Positions 50,274 through 58,577 of a stretch of 64,000 nucleotides of DNA are shown in pieces (position 1 is the first letter of the stretch; every line of letters starts with the position of its first letter). Both the position numbers and the translations under genes were made by a program. Source of the stretch: a virus; IMG/VR virus record IMGVR_UViG_3300027849_000009; one strand, given 5' to 3'. The notes under the pieces are model-generated. The model was not told where the DNA came from. It saw only the letters and a program-made list of their open reading frames with translations, and made no database searches.

Positions 50274-50730
50274 TATGAAAGAAAAGTTCGTGAAAGCATA
50301 TATGGATACTGCACATAGATTTGCACAGTTAAGCACTGCAAAGAGATTACAAGTGGGAGCGATCATTGTAAAAGATGATCGTATCATTTCTATTGGTTAT
50401 AATGGTATGCCTTCAGGTTGGGATAATGTGTGTGAACATCATCTTTACACAAATGAATTTGGTAGAGAGAAATCCTATACTAAGTCGCGACCCGAAGTTC
50501 TTCATGCTGAAGCGAATGCAATCACCAAGGTTGCACGTAGTTCCGAATCAAGTAAAGGTGCAACTCTATTCTGTACTCACACTCCTTGCATGGAATGTGC
50601 TAAGTTAATATATCAGAGTGGTATCGATACCGTCTATGTTGATACCGAGTATGTTGCAAGTAAGGGCAGCGGCAAGCAGTTTCTAATTGATTGTGGCGTA
50701 GAGGTAATTCAGTATGACAATGCCATGTGA
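50266..50730 (+). CDS. cd: dCMP deaminase
   Basis: SIGYNG, HAEANAI, PCMECAK. Confidence 0.92.
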   Translation: MNNMKEKFVKAYMDTAHRFAQLSTAKRLQVGAIIVKDDRIISIGYNGMPSGWDNVCEHHLYTNEFGREKSYTKSRPEVLHAEANAITKVARSSESSKGATLFCTHTPCMECAKLIYQSGIDTVYVDTEYVASKGSGKQFLIDCGVEVIQYDNAM

Positions 50731-50908
50731 AAGAACCCGAGCAGTTAATAATACTAGACAGTTTCTGGTTGACTTGCAGTCAGACCTCAGTGCACCTGAT
50801 GCAGTAAGGAAAGAAGCATCCCGATGCCTCAGGCACTATCCTGGCGAATACTATATGGAATTATCACAAGAACATTTACCAGAAGTGTGGGGAGAACCTA
50901 ATGAGTAA
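50714..50908 (+). CDS. BPSL0761-like small protein
   Basis: MTMPCERTRAV..CLRHYP. Confidence 0.6.
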   Translation: MTMPCERTRAVNNTRQFLVDLQSDLSAPDAVRKEASRCLRHYPGEYYMELSQEHLPEVWGEPNE

Positions 50909-51188
50909 GTTTGTTATGGTCGATTGTATCAGCACCTATCGTATGAGATATTGTGTCGAATTGAATGACAATGATCCGAAAGAGTGGGCGCTGGATACTG
51001 TAGTTATGGAGGAAGCGAAAGAGTTTTCTCAAGAGCATTTAGGTGAAATGATAACATCTCATAGAGTATTATCTGATAAAGAAGAGGCATTCGAAATATT
51101 TCGAGAAGATAACGAATACCTTAAAGACATAAGCGAAGAGCGTCTTACTGAGATTGGAATAACTTTGATCGAGGACTATACTAAATGA
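50901..51188 (+). CDS. Hypothetical protein
   Basis: GGAG RBS; EFSQEHLGE. Confidence 0.6.
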   Translation: MSKFVMVDCISTYRMRYCVELNDNDPKEWALDTVVMEEAKEFSQEHLGEMITSHRVLSDKEEAFEIFREDNEYLKDISEERLTEIGITLIEDYTK

Positions 51189-51559
51189 AACATTACTACA
51201 AATTTATATCTACACCTTATGAGTGTGATCTAGGCAGTTCGGTCAACAATCACATAGAGTTTTCTATTACTGATCGTGATGTTCCTCTACATGATATGCT
51301 AGAACAGTTTAAGTATTTCTTGCAGGCATCAGGTTACAATATATACCCTAATGAACATATTGAGATTGTAACTGACGAAGAAAGGTTCGAATATCCCTCT
51401 GAGCATGAATGGAAAGATGTGACCCGAGTAGAAGTCATTGATGATAATGGACGTGCTTATGTTGGTTATGGATTAGAGAGTGTATCACATTCTGTACAAG
51501 ATGATGGACAAACCCTTAAAATATTTGTAGAGAATGAGAAGCATGATAGTACCAGATAA
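51185..51559 (+). CDS. Hypothetical protein (two small domains)
   Basis: FLQASGY; VTRVEVIDDNGRAYV, QDDGQTLKIF. Confidence 0.6.
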   Translation: MKHYYKFISTPYECDLGSSVNNHIEFSITDRDVPLHDMLEQFKYFLQASGYNIYPNEHIEIVTDEERFEYPSEHEWKDVTRVEVIDDNGRAYVGYGLESVSHSVQDDGQTLKIFVENEKHDSTR

Positions 51560-51950
51560 GACCTATAAGATTGAAGCGGCAAACAAAAAGTGTGTAAGAC
51601 TCTCTGATTGTTATGAACATGATAACGGCGATGAAGTCTGGTTGCAAAAGATATATCGCAATGGTGCATTTATTATTACACCTCAAGATTGGGATGAATG
51701 TGATGCAATTCAGGCAGCACTAGACGGTGATGTTATTTCACTTGACGAGTTTTCAGAATGGGAATTTGATTCAGTGTATGATTTATGCTCCGAAGATTCG
51801 ATAGGCGACACCGAGAAGATGGATGAAGCACTTGACACTGATGATTGGGATGACGAAGAAGAGTGGTTAGAAAACAACGACTTCAATAACACCAAGTCCT
51901 TCTACGAAATTCAAGATGGTATAATCCTGAGTGATGACGAACATTCATGA
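51534..51950 (+). CDS. Highly acidic hypothetical protein
   Basis: D/E/W-rich C-terminal half. Confidence 0.55.
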   Translation: MRSMIVPDKTYKIEAANKKCVRLSDCYEHDNGDEVWLQKIYRNGAFIITPQDWDECDAIQAALDGDVISLDEFSEWEFDSVYDLCSEDSIGDTEKMDEALDTDDWDDEEEWLENNDFNNTKSFYEIQDGIILSDDEHS

Positions 51951-51996
51951 GATAAATGGTTAAACTGTTGACAACCTCTCGCTTTCTTGATATAAT
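51928..51996 (+). promoter_or_regulatory. Class B early cassette promoter (left half displaced by 3 bp)
   Basis: ATTCAtgagataaatgg at 51943, 20 bp to TTGACA 51968, TATAAT 51991. Confidence 0.8.
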
Positions 51997-52031
51997 AGTA
52001 CCCTAATCAAATGAAGAGAGTGAGAAAGATT

Positions 52032-52397
52032 ATGTGTGGAACTTATACTGGTGAACATGAAGAGACTAAACCCACTAATGAATTTAGATATGCAAACTAC
52101 TACGGTTACTCGGACGTTAGTCCGTATGAGATTACTAAAGTAATTTCTAGGCAAACTATGGAAGTTCGTCCTATGCGGGCGACTCTTGATCCTAACTTCA
52201 AATGTGAAACAGTTGTCGGTGGATTCTTCGGACACACTACTAACAACAACTCTCAAACTTACACCTACGAATCACTTGCAGATGCTCCTACGATGAGAAT
52301 TCGATACAGCAAAGCGAAACGTGGTTGGTTCTCTGCTTGCGGTCAACGTCATCTTTTAGAAGATGCTCCTGTTCGCTTTTATGACTATAACTTTTAA
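52032..52397 (+). CDS. Hypothetical early protein
   Basis: First gene after the promoter; GYSDVSPYEI. Confidence 0.65.
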   Translation: MCGTYTGEHEETKPTNEFRYANYYGYSDVSPYEITKVISRQTMEVRPMRATLDPNFKCETVVGGFFGHTTNNNSQTYTYESLADAPTMRIRYSKAKRGWFSACGQRHLLEDAPVRFYDYNF

Positions 52398-52407
52398 GGA
52401 GATTGAA

Positions 52408-52629
52408 ATGAGTAGAATGATCCAGAATGCAGTTGCGGTTGACAAAGTTCATAAACTAGTTGACCAGATGACAAAACTTATCGAGAAGCAAGGTGCTGAT
52501 CAGTATCAGATTAACGATTCCTCGTACTCTCTTGGTTATCTCAAGGGTATGTTGACCACGCTATGCTGTAAGAATCCTCAAGTACTTGACCACGTTATCG
52601 ATACGATTGACTATTTAGAAGAAGCATAA
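52408..52629 (+). CDS. Hypothetical protein
   Basis: AAGGAG RBS; YSLGYLKGML. Confidence 0.6.
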   Translation: MSRMIQNAVAVDKVHKLVDQMTKLIEKQGADQYQINDSSYSLGYLKGMLTTLCCKNPQVLDHVIDTIDYLEEA

Positions 52630-52632
52630 AAG

Positions 52633-52697
52633 GTTATGTTCTTATAACAAAGTATTCTAAGTGAAGTGTTGACAGCACCCTTAGAATATGAGATAAT
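52633..52697 (+). promoter_or_regulatory. Class A early cassette promoter
   Basis: GTTATGTTCTTATAAC 52633-52648, 20 bp, TTGACA 52669, 17 bp, GATAAT 52692. Confidence 0.85.
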
Positions 52698-52728
52698 GGT
52701 TGTACAAATTGAGTTGAGAGAGTTTATT

Positions 52729-53139
52729 ATGTTTTGTATTGAAGGTCGTCATGCCAAACCAGAAATCGTCGAAGAGTATGTTGCGCGTCTTATGGGCGCT
52801 CTAAAAATTCATCGATTCACTTCTAAGTTGGTAACAGTCAAGTTCAAATCTGAACTGCCTAGTTACGCTCAAGGTCTATGTGAGGGCGATAAAGATTACG
52901 CCTACATTCAGATCGGCAAGTTTGATCAGACCTTCCTTCAACAGATGCAAGCACTCGCTCACGAGATGGTTCATGCTCGACAGTTTTTACGTGGTCAATT
53001 GACTGCTGAAGGTGTGTGGAAGTGGAAGGGTCGCAATGCTGACAACTACGCTTACACTAACCAACCTTGGGAGAAAGAAGCATATCGCCTTGAGCGTGAA
53101 CTCTTTCTCGATTGTTTCCCCTTTGAGAAGATGGTATAA
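52729..53139 (+). CDS. Zincin-like metallopeptidase
   Basis: LAHEMVHARQ (HExxH), PWEKEAY. Confidence 0.8.
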   Translation: MFCIEGRHAKPEIVEEYVARLMGALKIHRFTSKLVTVKFKSELPSYAQGLCEGDKDYAYIQIGKFDQTFLQQMQALAHEMVHARQFLRGQLTAEGVWKWKGRNADNYAYTNQPWEKEAYRLERELFLDCFPFEKMV

Positions 53140-53141
53140 TT

Positions 53142-53576
53142 ATGGGACATTATGACGAACAACGCGAAGCAGATCGAAAGCAAAATATGCCACCGAATCT
53201 TATTCGCAATGCAATACAAACGCCTGACGGCACGATCTTAGAATCGACACATCGGCACGACTACAAAGAATATAAGGATGCCAATGGGTTGACTTATATG
53301 GTTGATGGTGGATTAGAATACTGTAGACGTAATCGACAAGACTCTGAACCTTATATTGAAATGAATCTGTATGATGATGAACCACATTCTGTACAGCGTG
53401 AAGTTCTGAAGTGGGGAACGTATGGTATCAATGGTGATCAACCACTCAAATGGTTATCTGTCGCTGAAATGGAGACTGGTCACATTGAAGCAGTGGTAAA
53501 GATGTCGAATGTGAGACCACAAATACGTGACTGTATGAAAGAAGAACTCGGACAACGGGAGATGAGTGGTGAATAA
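53142..53576 (+). CDS. Conserved hypothetical phage protein
   Basis: ESTHRHDY, MVDGGLEY, WGTYGING. Confidence 0.65.
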   Translation: MGHYDEQREADRKQNMPPNLIRNAIQTPDGTILESTHRHDYKEYKDANGLTYMVDGGLEYCRRNRQDSEPYIEMNLYDDEPHSVQREVLKWGTYGINGDQPLKWLSVAEMETGHIEAVVKMSNVRPQIRDCMKEELGQREMSGE

Positions 53577-53931
53577 ATTAGAAACTGCATTTGAACGTCT
53601 ACGTGCCGAGGGTTGGTATTGTGCATGGGGTTTACCTTGCTGTCAGACTTGCGCATGGGATGAAGTATCCTGCGAAGATGATATTGATCTCGAAAAGGTA
53701 TTGTTCAATCACGAGCAGGATATCGAAGAAGAAGTGGATTATGATGATGATGAAATGGAGTGGGATCGGCACTTCTACGAAATTGATGCTATCAATGGAA
53801 GTCTGTTTTGTTTCAGCGGAAGTAAAGAGGGTGTTAAAAATCTCATCGAAGTGTTGCCTATCTTTGAAGAGTGTGGAGTAAAGGTGCTTTGGAATCAGAA
53901 TGGTAATTCCAGAATAGAGTTGGAATGGTAA
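53566..53931 (+). CDS. DUF6891-like protein
   Basis: AFERLRAEG, CCQTCA, FNHEQD. Confidence 0.55.
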   Translation: MVNKLETAFERLRAEGWYCAWGLPCCQTCAWDEVSCEDDIDLEKVLFNHEQDIEEEVDYDDDEMEWDRHFYEIDAINGSLFCFSGSKEGVKNLIEVLPIFEECGVKVLWNQNGNSRIELEW

Positions 53932-53934
53932 TAT

Positions 53935-54411
53935 ATGACTAAGAGTATTATAGTCGTGGATGATTTTCTCGAGGAACATATCATTGATTTGATGATAGAG
54001 TTCTATGATTCGAGTGCCTATATTCCTGATTATGATAAGTTAAGCAAACTCGACTGTGGTGAATGGAAACCTTCTAACGAATTAGTTCAACACGTTTGGG
54101 ATGCGCAGAATGAGCAGTCGATGAAAATTGCGAATGCTGTAGTACATTGGGGAGACATCTATCGCTGGCCGATTGGTTCTGATATGGGTCTCCATAATGA
54201 TGTAGCGAGTAAACATACTGTATTCACCTCGATATTATATTTGAATGATGATTTCGAAGGTGGGTTTACAGAGTTTGCGGACGGTACAAGAGTAGCACCG
54301 AAGAAAGGACGTATTGTGTTCTATGATGGAATACATTACTGGCACAAAGTAACACCGATAACGAAAGGAATACGATACACATTTGCATCGTGGTACCGAA
54401 CAAACAATTAA
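53935..54411 (+). CDS. 2OG-Fe(II) oxygenase (prolyl-4-hydroxylase-like)
   Basis: HND, LYLNDDFEGG, WHKVTPI, GIRY. Confidence 0.88.
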   Translation: MTKSIIVVDDFLEEHIIDLMIEFYDSSAYIPDYDKLSKLDCGEWKPSNELVQHVWDAQNEQSMKIANAVVHWGDIYRWPIGSDMGLHNDVASKHTVFTSILYLNDDFEGGFTEFADGTRVAPKKGRIVFYDGIHYWHKVTPITKGIRYTFASWYRTNN

Positions 54412-54432
54412 ATTTAATAATGAGGCAGTAAA

Positions 54433-54678
54433 ATGATTAGTAGTCCAGCAGACCGTAAGAAAGTAAAAGACTCCATCAAAGAGTTATCCGATTCAATGCT
54501 ACGTGTTGATAGTGAGAAAGATTTGCAGAAAGACATCGTTCAGGTGACGTTCGAAGATACTGGTGTTGATAAGAAGCATATCCGCAAACTTGCGGTGATC
54601 TATCATAAGCAATCAATGAATGATGTTAAGTCAGACTACGAAGACCTCGAAGCACTGTACGACGAATTGTTCAAATAA
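54433..54678 (+). CDS. DsbA-like (T4) / GapR-like dsDNA-binding protein
   Basis: IKELSDSMLRVDSEKD, IRKLAVIYHKQ. Confidence 0.7.
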   Translation: MISSPADRKKVKDSIKELSDSMLRVDSEKDLQKDIVQVTFEDTGVDKKHIRKLAVIYHKQSMNDVKSDYEDLEALYDELFK

Positions 54679-54682
54679 GTGG

Positions 54683-54711
54683 TTGCATATGACACAAGGA
54701 TGTGTTATAAT
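54683..54711 (+). promoter_or_regulatory. Sigma70 promoter
   Basis: TTGCAT-17-TATAAT with extended TG. Confidence 0.75.
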
Positions 54712-54735
54712 ATCATATATTATGAGGAGTTAGTG

Positions 54736-54921
54736 ATGGGACGTTCACAGTCAAAAAGAAGCAATCGTAAGAATACCGCGAAGGATTTCAGTAACACTAA
54801 TCCAGTAGCAAAGAACATGGAGAAGTTCAACAAACCTGCTACACACGTTGATAAGAAGAAAGAATCTAAGATCAAGGGTCTCGATATAGATAAAGCGTGG
54901 TTAGACGATGAAATACGGTAG
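54736..54921 (+). CDS. Small basic hypothetical protein
   Basis: GAGGAG RBS; NPVAKNMEKFNKPATH. Confidence 0.6.
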   Translation: MGRSQSKRSNRKNTAKDFSNTNPVAKNMEKFNKPATHVDKKKESKIKGLDIDKAWLDDEIR

Positions 54922-55216
54922 CATGACACACGACTTTCATGGTCGTAAAATCAAAAAGAAGAAAGCACGAGGTGTTGTATATGACAAGTACACACCACCA
55001 GCATTCAAAGAATTAGTTACTAGTGATGGACCCTACCAGAGAGAGACTAAGGTTTATAAATCTCTTGATGTTGGTACTGGTAATACTGAAAGAAAGGAAC
55101 GAATGAACTATACTGGCACTCTTATCAAAGGTATTGCTACCATGCATAAGAGCAATGCGGTGCCAATCCTCAATCAACAAGATGCAATAGACATTGCAAA
55201 CATGAGAAGATCCTGA
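54908..55216 (+). CDS. Conserved hypothetical phage protein
   Basis: YTGTLIKGIATMHKSNAVP. Confidence 0.65.
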   Translation: MKYGSMTHDFHGRKIKKKKARGVVYDKYTPPAFKELVTSDGPYQRETKVYKSLDVGTGNTERKERMNYTGTLIKGIATMHKSNAVPILNQQDAIDIANMRRS

Positions 55217-55220
55217 TATA

Positions 55221-55400
55221 ATGGTAGATTATACACTGAAGACTAACTGGGATTGCCTAGCGACTCTGACGAAAAAGATTGAAGATGATAAGAAGTCCAA
55301 AGAGAAAGTGATTTCTTTTGATGGACTTACGTTGACTACCAACAAGTTTACATATACGTTATTTGCTGGTGAATTGAATAGAAAGAAGAGGACTAAATGA
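55221..55400 (+). CDS. 59-aa hypothetical protein (not in ORF track)
   Basis: Fills the gap; stop overlaps the next ATG. Confidence 0.5.
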   Translation: MVDYTLKTNWDCLATLTKKIEDDKKSKEKVISFDGLTLTTNKFTYTLFAGELNRKKRTK

Positions 55401-55630
55401 TGGCAGAACGATATCGCGAAGAAACTACTGATTGGGGTGATTACAAGATAAGCAATCACATATATATTACTATGGGTGAGCAATTGTTAGGTTATATACC
55501 CAAAGGCGGTAAAGAGATGCGATTCTCTAAACCGAAGAAGCAATGGTCAGTATCGCGACGAAAGTTTCGTGAACTCACCAAGAAAGAAATAGCGTGGGTA
55601 AAAGAAAATGGTAACATACCGCAAAGTTAG
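55397..55630 (+). CDS. Hypothetical protein
   Basis: EETTDW, NHIYI, SRRKF. Confidence 0.6.
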   Translation: MMAERYREETTDWGDYKISNHIYITMGEQLLGYIPKGGKEMRFSKPKKQWSVSRRKFRELTKKEIAWVKENGNIPQS

Positions 55631-55982
55631 TATATTAGCACTAGCAATATTAATATCTGGATGTAATTTATTACCAGACAACTTCGATAATCAAGAGTTT
55701 GGTTATCTCGCAGAACTTCATGTATCTGCATCCGTAACACCAAGTCCCTGTGATCAAGACGAACTAAAAGAAATACATCGTCTAGCATCCGTTCTCACTA
55801 CATACAGTGAACATACACTAAATGACAATACCACACTAATCTATAGTGAGATTCAAAGTCTCACGGGTGAGTTGTTGGACAGGGAATCACCTAGTAGAAC
55901 CTACTGTAAAATGAAACGAAAGAGTATCCGACAAGTGACTGACACAGCACTATCGGTATTCGGAACGAGGATAAAGAAATGA
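55608..55982 (+). CDS. Lipoprotein
   Basis: Signal peptide with lipobox LISGC; two further Cys. Confidence 0.7.
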   Translation: MVTYRKVSILALAILISGCNLLPDNFDNQEFGYLAELHVSASVTPSPCDQDELKEIHRLASVLTTYSEHTLNDNTTLIYSEIQSLTGELLDRESPSRTYCKMKRKSIRQVTDTALSVFGTRIKK

Positions 55983-56200
55983 GTGCATTATTAGACGATT
56001 GGGAAAAGAAAGCAGAAGTTCATATTCATGAGTTGAAGAGTTACTTGGATAATGGTGAACTTGCACAAGATGAATATGACGAGTTAGTAAAAGATGTTGT
56101 TGATACATCTACTATTGTCGGACTACTTGATACAGAAAACGATCGGATCATTATGGCGAAGATTGCAGAAGGACTAATGGTTCTTGCAGGTGCGCTATGA
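55979..56200 (+). CDS. Hypothetical protein
   Basis: ATGA-coupled on both sides. Confidence 0.55.
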   Translation: MSALLDDWEKKAEVHIHELKSYLDNGELAQDEYDELVKDVVDTSTIVGLLDTENDRIIMAKIAEGLMVLAGAL

Positions 56201-56589
56201 TAAGTAAAATACTGTTCGGTGTGATACTGAGTGGTTCTATAGGTTTCTATCTGTTCTATACGTTTGCGCATCTACCATTAGTCACTAAGGTGGAGCAACA
56301 GCAGTTAGTTCTACAGGCACAAGAGTTTCGCCAGCAAGAACAGATTGCTACTATAGACGCACTTCAGAACAATCTAACCAAGACTAGTGAAGCACTAAGC
56401 ACACAGTCGGCACGTAACTCAGAGATTGAGGGTGAGATGTCTCGATACATGAACATCTTTCGTAGACACAACCTAAGTAAATTAGCGGCAGCAAAACCTG
56501 GACTAATTGAACCACGTATTAACAAGGGGACCAAGAATGTATTTGACAGCATCGAAAAAGATTCTGCTTTTATCAGCGATCTTAATTAG
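56197..56589 (+). CDS. i-spanin (Rz-like)
   Basis: N-terminal TM plus coiled coil; overlaps a downstream lipoprotein gene. Confidence 0.75.
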   Translation: MISKILFGVILSGSIGFYLFYTFAHLPLVTKVEQQQLVLQAQEFRQQEQIATIDALQNNLTKTSEALSTQSARNSEIEGEMSRYMNIFRRHNLSKLAAAKPGLIEPRINKGTKNVFDSIEKDSAFISDLN

Positions 56590-56929
56590 TACAGGTTGTT
56601 CGTTACTTCCTCAAGCACCTAAAGTTATTCCAGTTGAGATTCGTACTATAGAGGTAAAGATACCTATTGTGCATCCTACTCTGCCTCGTGCAATCGATCT
56701 GAAAGAACCATACTTCTATGTGGTATCAGATAAGAACATGGATACGTTTATCGCAGAGATGGAGAAACTAAATGGTACAGTAGTCTTCACTGCAATGACA
56801 ATTGATGACTATGAGTTGATGGCATATAACATGCAGGAAATAAAACGCTACATAGGACAGTTAAAGGAAGTTGTGGTATACTACCGAACTATTAATGACG
56901 AACCCGAAGAGGTCGTAGAGGAAAAATAA
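56537..56929 (+). CDS. o-spanin (Rz1-like lipoprotein)
   Basis: Lipobox LISTGC, Pro-rich linker, overlap with the i-spanin. Confidence 0.75.
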   Translation: MYLTASKKILLLSAILISTGCSLLPQAPKVIPVEIRTIEVKIPIVHPTLPRAIDLKEPYFYVVSDKNMDTFIAEMEKLNGTVVFTAMTIDDYELMAYNMQEIKRYIGQLKEVVVYYRTINDEPEEVVEEK

Positions 56930-57384
56930 TGTACGATTACAAAGTAAAAATCGTGAGAGTGGTCGATGGCGATACAGTGGATGTTGATATTGACTTAGGT
57001 TTTGGTATCTGGATGCTTAAAGAACGTGTACGTATGATGGGCATCGACACACCTGAATCACGTACTCGCGATAAGGTAGAGAAGAAGTTTGGTCTTGCCG
57101 CTAAGAAACATCTCAAAGAAATGTTAGGTAAGACAGCGATTCTTAGGACTCAGATCGATAGGTCCGGAGAAGACAAGAAAGGTAAGTTCGGTCGTATTCT
57201 AGGGGACTTCGATGTTCAAGTTGAACCATCTATCGGTCAGTATGATACAATGAAGAGTGCTTGCCAGATTATGATTGATGACGGTCATGCAGTATCGTAC
57301 TTCGGTGGTAATAAAGAAGAGAATAAAGCAAAGCATTTAGCGAACCGTGAACGCCTGATTGCCGAAGGTGTTGTCGTTCTATAG
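56929..57384 (+). CDS. Thermonuclease (SNase-like)
   Basis: RVVDGDT, RMMGIDTPE, GKFGRILG. Confidence 0.88.
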   Translation: MYDYKVKIVRVVDGDTVDVDIDLGFGIWMLKERVRMMGIDTPESRTRDKVEKKFGLAAKKHLKEMLGKTAILRTQIDRSGEDKKGKFGRILGDFDVQVEPSIGQYDTMKSACQIMIDDGHAVSYFGGNKEENKAKHLANRERLIAEGVVVL

Positions 57385-57392
57385 ATCGAAAG

Positions 57393-57477
57393 GTTATATG
57401 CATATAACAAAATACTCTAAAAATAGTGTTATTAAATCATAATAATGCTTGTGGATGTTACTCTCTCGTGTTATAAT
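57393..57477 (+). promoter_or_regulatory. Class A early cassette promoter (40-bp spacing variant)
   Basis: Perfect palindrome GTTATATGCATATAAC 57393-57408; TTGTGG 57449, 17 bp, TATAAT 57472 with extended TG. Confidence 0.75.
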
Positions 57478-57508
57478 GGTACCTCATTAGACAGAGAGAG
57501 TAACTACC

Positions 57509-58138
57509 ATGTTCATGAAGATCGCAGATTCTACCCTTTACGAGATGTACGTAACTAAGCATCAAATCAAGCAGAACAAAGGCGAAGCACGTGGTTCTAA
57601 GGACATGGAGCGCACCAAGTGCTACGATGCAGAGTGGAGATTCCAACGCTCTGTTCAGATCCCTCTATTCAAGTCTATCGCAGAAGCAGAAAAATTCACT
57701 AAGAAAATCTACAAGTCTAAGTTGTGGGAGAAGATGTGGAAAGAATCTGTCGAGAACAATGTCGGTAGAATCTTCAACAACTATCCTGACGTAGTACAGA
57801 TGAAGCGCGCCTCAGGAAGAACTGCTGGTTCTACTAACGGTAAGACTGTATACTTAAATGTCAATTCTGGTTTAGATATGTACACTTTGTTGCACGAACT
57901 TGCTCACACTCTTGGTCACATGCACCACGGACGTTCGTTTCGTCAAGCACTGTTGAAACTTGTAGGACAGTTCATGGGTGCCAAGTTCAAGAAAGTTCTA
58001 GCAGAATCATTCAAGAAAAACAAACTCAAGTGTGGCGATGCTCGTAAAGCAATGTCATTTGAGAACTGGGTTGCTTCTCGTGATCGAATGGAGAAGATTC
58101 GTCAAGAGAAAGGAATAGGGGAGTTCGCACCATTATGA
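57509..58138 (+). CDS. SprT/zincin-like metallopeptidase
   Basis: LLHELAHTLGHMHHGRSF. Confidence 0.75.
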   Translation: MFMKIADSTLYEMYVTKHQIKQNKGEARGSKDMERTKCYDAEWRFQRSVQIPLFKSIAEAEKFTKKIYKSKLWEKMWKESVENNVGRIFNNYPDVVQMKRASGRTAGSTNGKTVYLNVNSGLDMYTLLHELAHTLGHMHHGRSFRQALLKLVGQFMGAKFKKVLAESFKKNKLKCGDARKAMSFENWVASRDRMEKIRQEKGIGEFAPL

Positions 58139-58503
58139 GACCAATATGCTTAAATTACGGTTGTGAGAAACTAGTGACCCATAACGGTAGCAGATGGCGA
58201 TCCTTCTGTGCCCGTTGTCATCGTGCTGGATATGGTGCCGCGACACTAGCAGAAGGTGTAACTGCATTCAAGACTGGTGTGTGTAGTAATCAGAACGGTC
58301 AACTTGGATTCGGATGTGCAATCGATTATGTTAAAGCACCGTGGGCATTGGGACAGACTCAGATCGATCATATATCTGGTGACTACTTTCATAACGATCC
58401 AATCAACTGTATGGAACTATGTGATATGTGCCATACTTACAAGGGTAAACTGTCAGGCGATTTCAAGCGACAGAATAAATATATGTATAAAAAAACGAAA
58501 TAA
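58135..58503 (+). CDS. HNH endonuclease-like protein
   Basis: QIDHISGDYFHNDPINCMELCDMCH plus N-terminal Cys clusters. Confidence 0.75.
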   Translation: MRPICLNYGCEKLVTHNGSRWRSFCARCHRAGYGAATLAEGVTAFKTGVCSNQNGQLGFGCAIDYVKAPWALGQTQIDHISGDYFHNDPINCMELCDMCHTYKGKLSGDFKRQNKYMYKKTK

Positions 58504-58516
58504 ACTGAGAAATATG

Positions 58517-58545
58517 TTGCAATTACATATTACCTATGTTATAAT
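58517..58545 (+). promoter_or_regulatory. Sigma70 promoter
   Basis: TTGCAA-17-TATAAT with extended TG. Confidence 0.8.
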
Positions 58546-58577
58546 AACACTTCATTAATGAGAAAGAGAGATATATT

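Noticed and set aside
55194-55222. TTGCAA-17-TATAAT promoter-like match
   Set aside because: The -10 box overlaps the ATG of the next small ORF, so it cannot serve that gene; possibly real for 55397 but unsupported.
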